Part shown: positions 1 to 9,012 of the stretch, piece after piece
Layout: every line of letters begins with the position of its first letter
Numbering within the stretch: position 1 is the first letter of the stretch
Source of the DNA: Gemmatimonadota bacterium
Lineage (GTDB): Bacteria > Gemmatimonadota > Gemmatimonadetes > Gemmatimonadales > GWC2-71-9
Direction: 5' to 3'
Assembly: GCA_029262155.1 (NCBI GenBank)
Contig: JAJCZW010000195.1
Coordinates: forward strand, 1 to 50,791
Length of the DNA stretch: 50,791 nucleotides
The notes under the pieces: generated by a model
What the model saw: the letters and a program-made list of their open reading frames with translations, nothing else
Told to the model about the DNA's origin: nothing
The model's database searches: none
Position numbers and translations under genes: made by a program

Positions 1-34
1 AAATCAGCTGCTCTGCCAATTGAGCTACGTCAGC
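1..34 (-). tRNA. 5' half of a tRNA, probably tRNA-Thr(TGT), truncated by the window edge
   Basis: Reverse complement reads GCTGACGTAGCTCAATTGGCAGAGCAGCTGATTT: acceptor 5' strand, D arm (AGCTCAATTGGCAGAGC), anticodon stem GCTGA, then TT and the first anticodon base T. The identity is inferred from resemblance to Thr tRNAs. Confidence 0.85.
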
Positions 35-143
35 GGCAAAGATCCAAAAATTGACAGACCCTGATAATAGAAGGGGACCGAAGCTACGTCAACGGCGCGA
101 GATCGGGAGTTGTAACCCCTCAGATCGACCGAAGAAGCCCCGA

Positions 144-2315
144 TCAACCTTGGGAGAGGACCGCGTCCAGGACATCACCAATCTCCTTGACCGTAAACGG
201 CTTGGAGACGATCCCGGAAACCCCGTGTTGCTGAGCTTCCTCCAGACTCAGTCCTTGGTCATACCCGGTCATGAGCACCACGCGGAGAGCCGGGGAACGC
301 GCAACGGCTGCCGCCGCAAGTTCCAGCCCGGTCATACCTGGCATGCTGAGATCGGTCAGGAGGAGCTTGGCTGGAATGGCACCTTCTTCGAGGCAGCCAA
401 GCACGTGCGCCGCCGACTGGTGGGCGTGAGCCGAATACCCCAGTCGCGTGAGCAAGCTGGTGACGGCGCGGAGAATGGCAGGTTCATCATCGACCACCAA
501 TACATCCTGGCCCGACCCCCTCGGTACGGCTTCCGGGTCCGTCGTTGGCGGGCCGGGTCGAGCGGCGCTCGCGACCGAGGCTATAGACACCGCGGAGGCC
601 AAGGGTAGGTGAAGACGGAAAACCGACCCGACTCCCACAGTGCTTTCTACCGTCATTTCGCCCAAGTGATCCCGGGCAATGCGGGTGGCCATCGCAAGCC
701 CAAGCCCGGTTCCTTCTCCGTGCGGACGAGTCGAGAAGAACGGCTCGAAGATGCGGGAGAGCATCTCAGGCGGCATCCCAATTCCGGTATCCGACACCGC
801 GATGATGGCCTCAGCCTTCCCACTCGCGTCCGGCTCCATCGCCACTCGAATTCGGATCTGTCCCTGTTGATCCTCCAGAGCCCGCCAAGCGTTGATCCCC
901 AAATTCATCAGCACCTGTTGCAACTGGCCCTTGTGCCCTATCACCTCGATGTTGGATGGATGGGGCTCGGCGACGACTTCGACCGCGCGGGGAATCATCG
1001 CGTGAAGGAGTTTCGCGGTGTCCAGTACCAGGGCATTGAGAGAAATGCGCTCGCGGTCTTCAACCCCACCCTTGCTGTACAAGAGGATTTGGTGGACCAG
1101 GTCCCGCGCGCGCAACACCGCCTGCTGAATCTCACTCAACGATTCGTCGATTCGTTCCCCGGCCGGGGCCATCCGCGCGAGATCAACATGACTCCCGATC
1201 GCTGCCAGCAGGTTGTTGAAGTCATGGGCAATCCCTCCAGCCAGGGTCCCCATGGCTTCCATCTTTTGTGCCTGGAAGAGTTGTACTTGCATACTCCGCA
1301 ACTGTTCTGCACTCTGGATCCGTTCGGTGACATCGCGAAAACTCCACACCCGGCCAACGGTCTTGCCCTCAAGTTGTTGCGGTTGTGAGTATCGCTCGAA
1401 AACCCTCCCATCCCGGAACCGAAGGATGTCGAAGCTCACCGAATCCGGTGTGGCATAGAGTTGCCGCACTTTGCCGAGAAACGACTCCGGTTCAGCAAGC
1501 TGTCCGGTTACGAATTGGAGCAGATCCTCGTCGTTTCCCAACTCCATCATCGCGGGAGGAATTCCCCAGAGGTCAACGAATCGTTGGTTCCAACTGGAAG
1601 TGGCTCCATGTTGGTCGACGACCAACAAACCGTCGGCGGTGCTCTCAAGTGTTGCTCGGAGCAGGGAGAGTGTCGTCCGCGTCTGACGTTCAGATTCAGC
1701 CGCACTCCGCTCGGTTTCCCGTCGCTCAACCAACTCCCGCGCGATCTTACTGAAGGCGCGACGTTGGCTGCGCCAGACCACGCCCAAGAGGACGGTCAGC
1801 ACGAGGAACACACCGGCGGCCCCGATGGCAAACTCGATTGAGCTGTACGTCGTGGGTGTGGAGAGAAGGTCCCAGGCGCTGAGGAGGTAGATCAGACAGG
1901 CCCAGCCGAGGAGAATGGCGCCCAAGGTGCCAGCCGCCAGGCCTCCGGCAAGGAGCCCGGCGCTCACCACGAGCAGGGTGCCACCAAGGTACCCGAACGG
2001 CCCCATCTCTCCACCCAATAGGGTCGCCGCCATCAAGACGAGGAGGAACCCGATATGAAGCTCGTACGCTGCCGCGCGGACCTTATTTCGTAAGAGCAAC
2101 CAGACGCCGATCCACCCGACTAGTTCAAAGGCGGCCAGACCCACGACCCAATGGGTCAGGCGATTCGGTTCGTGAACGATGAGAAAGAGGGCGTACGGGG
2201 GCGACAAGATGATCGTTGCCCAAAGCATCGAGGCGACGAGTTGGCGACCTCGTGCATCAATGGCGGGGTGCCATCCCTGCCCTTCCATCACCCATCGGAC
2301 CAGTTTCCGGACCAT
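144..2315 (-). CDS. Membrane-bound hybrid sensor histidine kinase (TM region, PAS, HisKA, HATPase, C-terminal receiver)
   Basis: H-box LAGGIAHDFNNLL, N-box QVLMNLGINA, G boxes DTGIG and GTGLGL, receiver VLVVDDE...LTDLSMPG...SKPF; hydrophobic N-terminus. Confidence 0.92.
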   Translation of the reverse strand: MVRKLVRWVMEGQGWHPAIDARGRQLVASMLWATIILSPPYALFLIVHEPNRLTHWVVGLAAFELVGWIGVWLLLRNKVRAAAYELHIGFLLVLMAATLLGGEMGPFGYLGGTLLVVSAGLLAGGLAAGTLGAILLGWACLIYLLSAWDLLSTPTTYSSIEFAIGAAGVFLVLTVLLGVVWRSQRRAFSKIARELVERRETERSAAESERQTRTTLSLLRATLESTADGLLVVDQHGATSSWNQRFVDLWGIPPAMMELGNDEDLLQFVTGQLAEPESFLGKVRQLYATPDSVSFDILRFRDGRVFERYSQPQQLEGKTVGRVWSFRDVTERIQSAEQLRSMQVQLFQAQKMEAMGTLAGGIAHDFNNLLAAIGSHVDLARMAPAGERIDESLSEIQQAVLRARDLVHQILLYSKGGVEDRERISLNALVLDTAKLLHAMIPRAVEVVAEPHPSNIEVIGHKGQLQQVLMNLGINAWRALEDQQGQIRIRVAMEPDASGKAEAIIAVSDTGIGMPPEMLSRIFEPFFSTRPHGEGTGLGLAMATRIARDHLGEMTVESTVGVGSVFRLHLPLASAVSIASVASAARPGPPTTDPEAVPRGSGQDVLVVDDEPAILRAVTSLLTRLGYSAHAHQSAAHVLGCLEEGAIPAKLLLTDLSMPGMTGLELAAAAVARSPALRVVLMTGYDQGLSLEEAQQHGVSGIVSKPFTVKEIGDVLDAVLSQG

Positions 2316-2337
2316 AGCGACCTCCCCTGGCGCGAAC

Positions 2338-3843
2338 CTACGTCGCTGAGGAACGCTCGACTAACTCGATTACCCCATCCTTCCGATCGCGGACCTCGAA
2401 TCCCTCCTGCTGGAGAAATGCTCGGATCCGGTCGGCGGTGGCAAAATCTTTGATGCGTTTCGAAGTTAACCGTTGGCGCGCCCAATACTCCGCCCAGGCC
2501 GTCCGCTCGGGACCGGGGGCGGGCGGGCGCTCATCGAAACTGTCGTCCGGCGCCGCGGCAGTACCTATCCGTCGGGTCTCTTCAGGCGGTTGGATCGTGA
2601 ACAGCTCCATCAGGCGCGTCCAGACCTCTTTGGTGTGCCGATCTACGTCCGCCCCCGCGTCGAGGAGGCGGTTGCCCTCGCGGACGGCATCGAAGAGATG
2701 GGCAACCGCTTTCGGGGTATCGAGGTCGTCATTGAGGGCATCCCGTACATCGGAATCTAACCGTTTAAACACATCGGTGAGTGGGCCTTCGTCAGTCCTC
2801 ACGCTCTCCTGTTCTATTCGAAGGCCGAAGGCACCAACCCGACGACTCCCGGCCCGCGCCGCGCTGAGGGCGTCGTGGGTGAGATCGAGTTGCTGGCGAT
2901 AATGGACTTGAGCCATGAGCAACCGGAGCGTCGCCGGCTCCCACCCATCCTCTCGCAGGTCTCGTACCGTCGTGGTGTTCCCAAACCGCTTGGACATTTT
3001 TGCACCACGCACATTGAGGAACTCGCCATGGACCCAGTGTCGGGCGAAGGCTTCCCGCCCCGTGAAAGCACATGACTGGGCGATTTCATCTTCGTGGTGG
3101 GGAAACACCAAATCCACCCCGCCGGTATGAATGTCTAGTTCTTGAACGTCAAACCGTTCACGGATGAGATCAAGCGCCATGGCGGAACACTCCAGATGCC
3201 AGCCTGGCCGGCCCCGACCAAAGGGGGCATCCCAGGCAGCCGCCACCGCCTCGTCTTCGGGTCGCACGGCCTTCCACAAGACGAAATCGCGGGCAGACTC
3301 CTTCGCATACTCGTCCGCCAATGTACGGTCTGCGATTCCACGATTGGTCTGCAGCGCCTCGGGATCAAGATGCGACAGCCGACCGTAGGCGGGGAACCGA
3401 GCGATCGAGAAGTAGACGGACCCGTCGTCACTTCGATAGGCAATGCCCCGGTCAAGCAACGTTGTGACAAGGTCGATCATGGCAGGGACATAATCAGTCG
3501 CTCGGGGCTCGGCATGCGGTGCACGCAGGCCAAGCCAATCTCGGTCCTCGTGAAAGGCCGCGATGAACGGCTCCGTGAATGTTCGGATGTCGGTCCCCGA
3601 CTGACCGGCCTCGTCGATAATACGGTCGTCGACGTCGGTGAGGTTCATAATATGGAAGACATCGTACCCACTCGCCTCCAACCAGCGACGCAGAGTATCG
3701 ACGGTGAGAAAGGTGCGGAAATTTCCGACGTGGGCGCGATTCCATACGGTCGGGCCACAGGAATACATCGTGACGCGAGGCGGGGCAATCGGCACCACCG
3801 GGGTGACCGATCGGCTCATGGTATCGTACAACCGAAGTGTCAT
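2338..3843 (-). CDS. cysS: Cysteine--tRNA ligase
   Basis: YSCGPTV, HVGN (HIGH), DFVLWK, GRPGWHLECSAM, DLVFPHHEDE, KMSKR. Confidence 0.97.
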   Translation of the reverse strand: MTLRLYDTMSRSVTPVVPIAPPRVTMYSCGPTVWNRAHVGNFRTFLTVDTLRRWLEASGYDVFHIMNLTDVDDRIIDEAGQSGTDIRTFTEPFIAAFHEDRDWLGLRAPHAEPRATDYVPAMIDLVTTLLDRGIAYRSDDGSVYFSIARFPAYGRLSHLDPEALQTNRGIADRTLADEYAKESARDFVLWKAVRPEDEAVAAAWDAPFGRGRPGWHLECSAMALDLIRERFDVQELDIHTGGVDLVFPHHEDEIAQSCAFTGREAFARHWVHGEFLNVRGAKMSKRFGNTTTVRDLREDGWEPATLRLLMAQVHYRQQLDLTHDALSAARAGSRRVGAFGLRIEQESVRTDEGPLTDVFKRLDSDVRDALNDDLDTPKAVAHLFDAVREGNRLLDAGADVDRHTKEVWTRLMELFTIQPPEETRRIGTAAAPDDSFDERPPAPGPERTAWAEYWARQRLTSKRIKDFATADRIRAFLQQEGFEVRDRKDGVIELVERSSAT

Positions 3844-4751
3844 GCCTCTTCCAGTACGCCCTTACCGTGCCCCTCAGTCTGGACATGGATGGTGCGTTGA
3901 GGATACGGAATGCTAATGCCTTCGCGGTCGAGACGCTTCTTAATGGCCTGACGGAATGCCCGCGCCACTGACCATTGTTTTCCCGGGATTGTTCGAAGCA
4001 ACGTTCGAATGGTCACCGCGCTGTCACCCAGGGTCTCAACCCCATTGACCTCGGGCTCACCGTCGAGGAGGGGTCCGATGGCAGGGTCTTCCTTCAGGCG
4101 GCGCACCTCGTCCCGAAACACCTCGAGGACTCTATCGAGATCCGCCTCATACGCCACCCCGACCTCGACCACCGCCCGCGACCACCCCCGGGTCATATTC
4201 GACACCGTTCCGACGCTCCCATTCGGAATGGTATGCAAAGTCCCGCGGAGGTCTCGGAGCAGCACCACGCGCATGGTCATCCGTTCCACCACACCCGACT
4301 GCCCCCCAGCTGTAATCACATCTCCCACAGCGAACGTGTTTTCGAACAGAATGAAGAACCCGGCGATCACGTCTTTGACCAGGCTTTGGGCACCGAAGGA
4401 AACCGCCAACCCTAAGATGCCCGCACCGGCGAGGAGCGGCGTGATGTCAATGAACACATTGGCCGTGAGTAGGAGGGCCCCGGCAAAGAGCATGATGCGG
4501 CCAACGCTCCGCAGCAGCTGAGCAATCGTGTGACCACGTTGCTCTCGAATCGAGAGCGTGTCGTCGTCCCCATCATCCACTGCCTCGACGATCCGGCGCG
4601 CCAGGAGCTTCAGAATCCGAAGCCCCACCCAGGCCAGGATCCAGATCGCGGCAACCTGCCCCAGTTTCGGTAACACCGTCTCCAGATCGAGCCGCCAGGC
4701 ATCGACCACACGCGCGCCAATTTGAACTAGGGGGATAGCAAGCTCTAGCAC
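3840..4751 (-). CDS. Small-conductance mechanosensitive channel (MscS/YbiO-like)
   Basis: LLAGAGILGLAVSFGAQSLVKDVIAGFFIL, VGDVI, IPNG, GISIPYPQR; 4-bp overlap with the cysS start. Confidence 0.92.
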   Translation of the reverse strand: MLELAIPLVQIGARVVDAWRLDLETVLPKLGQVAAIWILAWVGLRILKLLARRIVEAVDDGDDDTLSIREQRGHTIAQLLRSVGRIMLFAGALLLTANVFIDITPLLAGAGILGLAVSFGAQSLVKDVIAGFFILFENTFAVGDVITAGGQSGVVERMTMRVVLLRDLRGTLHTIPNGSVGTVSNMTRGWSRAVVEVGVAYEADLDRVLEVFRDEVRRLKEDPAIGPLLDGEPEVNGVETLGDSAVTIRTLLRTIPGKQWSVARAFRQAIKKRLDREGISIPYPQRTIHVQTEGHGKGVLEEA

Positions 4752-4870
4752 GGGGGGCTCCGAACGGTGGCAAGAGACGTTGCGTGGTGAACCTAGTCAG
4801 TGTGGTTCCGGCAGACAAACGCTCGTTTCCAGGGCCTACCCTGGAATACCGAGCCTCACGGACCAGGGCG

Positions 4871-5335
4871 TTATGGGTAGCGTCTCCGCCACACTGGAAT
4901 CAACGCCCCGACCATTCCACCTGCGAGGGCCCCGCCGACTCCGCCCACCAACCCACCTACAATCGTAGCACCGGCAGTGTCACACCTGTCGGCTTCGCAG
5001 GTTGCGGCAATCACCGTGCCGAGAAACACCCCCACAGCCAGGGCGCCAAGTCCGCCACCGACGAGTGCACCGGTCTTGGTTGCATGCCCCCGTGCCCCAA
5101 GGGCCTCGATCTCCTTCAACGCCACGCGCTGCGATGCATTGCCGATCCTTAGTTGCAGGGTGTCACCGGTGATGCCTTCCAACCGACCCACGAAACGAGT
5201 CCCCCCAACGCTGACCCGAATGGTGGCGGCAGCTTTCATCTGCTCCACCGCAGCCGAGCGAAGCTGGGCTTCGCCACGACCAGCGTGGCCCAAGGCAACG
5301 AAGGTCACAAGAAGACTGCGTCGTAGAATGCACAT
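4871..5335 (-). CDS. Hypothetical exported protein with a Gly-rich hydrophobic C-terminal hairpin
   Basis: Signal-like N-terminus ending GEA-Q; GALVGGGLG...GGLVGGVGGALAGG glycine-zipper-like segments; start codon uncertain. Confidence 0.65.
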   Translation of the reverse strand: MCILRRSLLVTFVALGHAGRGEAQLRSAAVEQMKAAATIRVSVGGTRFVGRLEGITGDTLQLRIGNASQRVALKEIEALGARGHATKTGALVGGGLGALAVGVFLGTVIAATCEADRCDTAGATIVGGLVGGVGGALAGGMVGALIPVWRRRYP

Positions 5336-5447
5336 GACGACTCCACATATACCGCGCTGCAGAAGCACCATCTTGTGGCGCTTGATCAAGCGCCACACAC
5401 AACATCATAACGCCTGGCTTGGGTCGGTGAGGAGTTCCGTGTGTCGG

Positions 5448-5484
5448 AAGAAAAGAAGGACCATGGGATTTCCCATGGCCCTTC
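5448..5484 (-). terminator. Intrinsic terminator downstream of hsp20
   Basis: Inverted repeat GAAGGACCATGGGA/TCCCATGGCCCTTC (5455-5484) followed on the minus strand by TTTTCTT. Confidence 0.75.
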
Positions 5485-5503
5485 GGATCGCACTGGAGAC
5501 CAC

Positions 5504-5944
5504 TCAGGAGATTGTAATCCTGTTGCTCGCTTTCGCGACGAGCTTGGGAAGCATCACCGTGAGGATCCCTTCCTGATACTGGGCCTTGACGTTTTCGGCA
5601 TCGACACCGCCGGGAAGCCGGAGTGTTCGACTGAACCGTCCCTCTTTCCGCTCCTGCCAAAGGAAGTTCTCACCCTTGTCCTCCTTCCGGAACTCCCGCC
5701 TCCCAGTCACGGTCAGGAACTCACCGTCAAGTGAAACATCCAGGTTCTCCCGGTGAGCGCCGGGGGCCTCCAACCGCACGATGTACTGCGCGTCTGTCTC
5801 GGACAGATCGAGCAATGGCTCCCAATCAAATTCGAGTTGACGAGCCGGCACATCGGGAAAAAACGGGACCTGAAAGAACTGGTCCATCAGGCGATCCACA
5901 CCTCCGAGCATCGGGTTGGTCGGTCGCGTCTTCATGAGTTTCAT
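5504..5944 (-). CDS. Hsp20/alpha-crystallin small heat shock protein
   Basis: PLLDLSET, LEAPG, LTVTGRR, ERKEGRFSRTLRLP, AQYQEGILTVMLPK; GGAGG RBS before ATG 5944. Confidence 0.95.
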   Translation of the reverse strand: MKLMKTRPTNPMLGGVDRLMDQFFQVPFFPDVPARQLEFDWEPLLDLSETDAQYIVRLEAPGAHRENLDVSLDGEFLTVTGRREFRKEDKGENFLWQERKEGRFSRTLRLPGGVDAENVKAQYQEGILTVMLPKLVAKASNRITIS

Positions 5945-5992
5945 TCCTTCCTCCTCTGCCTTCCGGCGTTGCATCAGCGGTCTTGGCTCTAA

Positions 5993-6040
5993 CGATCTTC
6001 CAGCCTCCCAATCCTGCGATCTTCCAGCCTCCCAAACCTG
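5993..6040. repeat. Two-copy 24-bp tandem repeat upstream of hsp20
   Basis: CGATCTTCCAGCCTCCCAATCCTG then CGATCTTCCAGCCTCCCAAACCTG (1 mismatch). Confidence 0.9.
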
Positions 6041-6075
6041 CTATGCTGGGATGATTCTAAGGTGGACTCTCCCTA

Positions 6076-6103
6076 GTGAAACGGTCGTGAATCGCCGAGG
6101 AAC
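6076..6103 (-). promoter_or_regulatory. Three 11-bp-spaced TTCA-type repeats facing hsp20 (putative OmpR-family box)
   Basis: Plus-strand GTGAAA 6076, GTGAAT 6087, AGGAAC 6098; TAGAAT -10 candidate on the minus strand at 6054-6059. Confidence 0.5.
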
Positions 6104-6143
6104 GCTCACTCACAAGGCCGCCACCGTCTCTGCCTCCAGCGGG

Positions 6144-6188
6144 GTTCACGCTGTCTTCAGTCCCTCTTCACAGAGAGGGTCCTACCAT
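6144..6188 (+). promoter_or_regulatory. Three 11-bp-spaced repeats plus a -10 element, CBS gene promoter
   Basis: GTTCAC 6144, CTTCAG 6155, CTTCAC 6166; TACCAT at 6183. Confidence 0.6.
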
Positions 6189-6233
6189 AGTGAAGCGATG
6201 ACTAAGTACAACTAGGTGAGAACGGAGGGTCGG

Positions 6234-6632
6234 ATGCGAGTCGCTGATGTCATGCAACGAGATGTCGTCACAGTTCGCTCGGACGCCTCGGTGGCGGAGG
6301 TGGTGGCCATCTTGGCCGACGCGCATGTCAGCGGGGCCCCCGTCGTGAACCGGGTTGGGACACTGGTGGGGGCGATCTCGGCATCCGACCTCCTTATTGC
6401 GGAGGCGGAACACGACAGTGCTGAAGGCCGGGAACAGCTCTTTCGGGAAACCATCGTTGCAGAGTTGATGGCTCGGAACCCGTTGACCATCGATCCTGGC
6501 GCGGAGGTGAAGGAAGCGGCCCGCCAGATGCTCTATGCCGACGTTCACCGCCTCTTTGTCATGCTGGAGGGAGAACTGATCGGGGTGATTACGCGGAGCG
6601 ACGCTGCCCGGGTCCTGGCGACAGCACGATAG
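6234..6632 (+). CDS. CBS domain pair protein
   Basis: MRVADVMQRDVVTV, SGAPVV, LVGAISASDLL, ELIGVITRSD; GGAGGG RBS. Confidence 0.93.
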   Translation: MRVADVMQRDVVTVRSDASVAEVVAILADAHVSGAPVVNRVGTLVGAISASDLLIAEAEHDSAEGREQLFRETIVAELMARNPLTIDPGAEVKEAARQMLYADVHRLFVMLEGELIGVITRSDAARVLATAR

Positions 6633-6644
6633 CCGTGCCAAGCC

Positions 6645-6878
6645 TCAGCTGGCGGATGGGCCGTCGTGTGGGGGTTGCCGGACGGTTTGGATGCCGAAAG
6701 AAGCGTAGAGGGGACAGCGCCTCGAGATGGCCGTTCCAATCAGGACAAGACCAAACAGAGTCAGGTACTTCCACGGCGAATCGAGGGCACCATAGAGACC
6801 GAGCAGCAGAACGCCGAGGACGAAACGGATCACCTGGTCGAGACGACCGACGTTTGGGAGCGCACGGGGGCGACTCAT
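6645..6878 (-). CDS. DUF2892/YgaP-type small membrane protein
   Basis: NVGRLDQVIRFVLG...TAISRRCPLYASFGIQT signature. Confidence 0.88.
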   Translation of the reverse strand: MSRPRALPNVGRLDQVIRFVLGVLLLGLYGALDSPWKYLTLFGLVLIGTAISRRCPLYASFGIQTVRQPPHDGPSAS

Positions 6879-6879
6879 C

Positions 6880-7638
6880 TCAAAGAGGCACGGTGAGAAC
6901 GGCACAAGGAGCAGTATATAGGAGAGCCCGACCCACCCCGGTCGACGTCACGACCCCAGCCGGGCCCCCCCGATGATATCCGACAACCAGCAACGAGCCC
7001 TCCGGGTGCCCAATCATTCCGAGCACCCCTCCGACCGGATCCCCGTAATGCACCGTGAGGTCATCAGGCTGGGCAATGCCCGTCTCCCGACTCTCCATCC
7101 AGCCCTGGAGACGTACTTCGCGGCCGGAAGGGGAGTACGCCTCACCCGTCGTCGCATCACGGTGCCGGAGAGGCTCAACGGTCACAACTCGGATCCATTT
7201 CGCTTCCAACCACGGATACACCCGCTCAGCACACTCCAAGACGCGGAATCCGCGCTCGGTGCCATCAAGGGCAACAACAATATCGCCAAAACCTGTTTGG
7301 CCAACGGGGACAAAGAGACACGGAACGGGGCTCCGGCGGACGACGGCATCAGCCGTGGGCCCGAGGTGCGGCTTTCCCAAAGCCCCTCGCAAGTGCCGGC
7401 CAAGAATGAGCAGGTTGGCCCCGAACGCCTCAGCGCGATGCACGATTTCAATCCCCGGGATTCCAGTGCATACCCTCCGACCGTCATCAGGAACGCTTTG
7501 TGGGGCGCGCGGACCGGACACCACCTGGAGGATCTCCATCTGGCCATTAATGACCTTGGAGACGTGTGTTGCCCGGGCGACGGCATGCGATCCAGCGGGC
7601 GAATCGTCAGTTGCGGCGAGAATCCTACGGCTTACCAT
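6880..7638 (-). CDS. Universal stress protein (tandem USP domains)
   Basis: RILAATDDS, LLILGRH...LGPTADAVVRRSPVPCLFVP; second domain IVVALDG...LLYTAPCAVLTVP. Confidence 0.9.
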   Translation of the reverse strand: MVSRRILAATDDSPAGSHAVARATHVSKVINGQMEILQVVSGPRAPQSVPDDGRRVCTGIPGIEIVHRAEAFGANLLILGRHLRGALGKPHLGPTADAVVRRSPVPCLFVPVGQTGFGDIVVALDGTERGFRVLECAERVYPWLEAKWIRVVTVEPLRHRDATTGEAYSPSGREVRLQGWMESRETGIAQPDDLTVHYGDPVGGVLGMIGHPEGSLLVVGYHRGGPAGVVTSTGVGRALLYTAPCAVLTVPL

Positions 7639-7644
7639 GGAACG

Positions 7645-7689
7645 ACAGTAGGCCCTCTTGCATGAAGATAAGATGAAGGAAAGGCGAAG
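7645..7689 (-). promoter_or_regulatory. Three 11-bp-spaced repeats plus a -10 element, usp promoter (probably leaderless)
   Basis: Plus-strand ATGAAG 7662, ATGAAG 7673, GCGAAG 7684; minus-strand TACTGT at 7650-7645, 6 nt before the ATG. Confidence 0.6.
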
Positions 7690-7704
7690 TTTCGTTAGAA
7701 TGAG

Positions 7705-8955
7705 ATGGTGACATCTACCGATCCGAGTGCTCATCCCAACCCGTTGACCCTGGCCAAGCGCTTGGAGCAACTGGTCGACAAGGGGAACCTCCTGACGCGG
7801 GAAGTTTCCCTGGATTCCGTCTTGCAGCATGTCACCGATCTCGCCCGAACCGTCATCGGTGCCCGATACGCCGCTTTCGGTCGATTCGGACCCGATGGAA
7901 AGACCCTCGAAGCGTTCCATTCTTCGGGTGTGACTGATCAGGAACGGTCACGAATCGGTCCCATCCCCCAGGGGGTGGGTATCCTCGGCCTCGTGGTGAA
8001 GGGGGAACATCCGGTTCGGATCGAGGATATGGTAAACCACCCCGTCGCCGTCGGCTTCCCTCCGAATCACCCGCCAATGCGATCCTTCTTGGGCACCCCT
8101 GTCGTCGGACGAAGGGGGGTCCTTGGGAACCTCTACCTCACTGAAAAGGTCGGGGCCGGATCCTTTTCCGCGGAGGATGAGCACGTCCTGGTCCTCCTCG
8201 CCCGGACGGCGGCCGCCGCGATCGACAATGCGCGCCTCCACGAGGAGAGCGCTCGGCTCCTCTCCGAGGTCCAATCGCTCCATCGCACACGCGAGCGATT
8301 CTTTGCGATGGTGAATCACGAACTTCGAAACGCCCTCGCCGCTGTCTTCGGCTGGGCGGAGATGCTGGTTCGAAGTAAGAAGGGCGAGACTGTTCCGCGG
8401 GCAGCCTACGAAGTGCTCGACTCGGCTTCGGCGGCCAAGGAGCTAATCAACGACCTCCTCGATCTCAGTCGGCTTGATGAGGACCGCCTCAAACCGGTGC
8501 TGCGGGAGGTCCAATGCGGTGGCATGATCCAGCATGCCGTAAGCCGCGTACACCCTGACATCGAAGCCAACGGGTTGCGCCTGACTTTGGATATCGACGA
8601 CCGCCTTACCAACTGTCTCACCGACGCCAGCCGGGTGGAACAGATCCTAGTTAACCTTCTCCGAAATGCCATCCGGCATTCCCCCCCGTCCGGACAGATT
8701 CACGTCGTGGCGGTCCCCTCGGGGGATCGGGTCCAGATTCAGGTCAATGACGACGGCCCAGGGATTCGGGAGGCTGAGTTGGAACGGATCTTCGATGTCT
8801 ACGAAACGACCGCTGGCGATGAACGACGCGGCGTTGGACTTGGGCTCCCCCTCTCACGCCGCCTCGCCCGGCTCTTGGGCGGAGAGCTTTCTGCCACCCA
8901 TGAACCGGGTGGTGGTGGGCGGTTGTTGTTGGAGTTACCTCACACCACAATATGA
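7705..8955 (+). CDS. GAF-domain sensor histidine kinase with a DosS/DosT-type heme-binding GAF
   Basis: GILG...HPVAVGFPPNHPPMRSFLGTP...GNLYLTEK; HisKA VNHELRNAL; QILVNLLRNAIRH, DDGPGI, GVGLGL. Confidence 0.9.
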   Translation: MVTSTDPSAHPNPLTLAKRLEQLVDKGNLLTREVSLDSVLQHVTDLARTVIGARYAAFGRFGPDGKTLEAFHSSGVTDQERSRIGPIPQGVGILGLVVKGEHPVRIEDMVNHPVAVGFPPNHPPMRSFLGTPVVGRRGVLGNLYLTEKVGAGSFSAEDEHVLVLLARTAAAAIDNARLHEESARLLSEVQSLHRTRERFFAMVNHELRNALAAVFGWAEMLVRSKKGETVPRAAYEVLDSASAAKELINDLLDLSRLDEDRLKPVLREVQCGGMIQHAVSRVHPDIEANGLRLTLDIDDRLTNCLTDASRVEQILVNLLRNAIRHSPPSGQIHVVAVPSGDRVQIQVNDDGPGIREAELERIFDVYETTAGDERRGVGLGLPLSRRLARLLGGELSATHEPGGGGRLLLELPHTTI

Positions 8956-8961
8956 AGTATT

Positions 8962-9006
8962 CTTCATGATCACTTGACGCCTGGTTCATACGCCTTGGAG
9001 TAGACT
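8962..9006 (+). promoter_or_regulatory. Three 11-bp-spaced repeats plus a -10 element, response regulator promoter (probably leaderless and autoregulated)
   Basis: CTTCAT 8962, CTTGAC 8973, GTTCAT 8984; TAGACT at 9001-9006, 6 nt before ATG 9013; no SD sequence. Confidence 0.6.
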
Positions 9007-9012
9007 AGGTCC

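Noticed and set aside
1-143. tRNA as the attachment site of an integrated element
   Set aside because: Only the tRNA 5' half is in the window, the neighbours are housekeeping genes, and no integrase or duplicated tRNA end is seen
4790-4880. Possible integron attC site after the 4871-5335 gene (CCATAAC at the stop, internal TTCCAGGG/CCCTGGAA palindrome)
   Set aside because: No complementary GTTRRRY end and no integron integrase or cassette array; probably a simple hairpin
5993-6040. 24-bp repeats as a mini CRISPR array
   Set aside because: The two copies are directly adjacent with no spacer, and there are no cas genes
7639-7920. N-terminal extension of the USP ORF given by the ORF track
   Set aside because: It overlaps the divergent kinase gene and promoter; the USP domain starts at Met 7638
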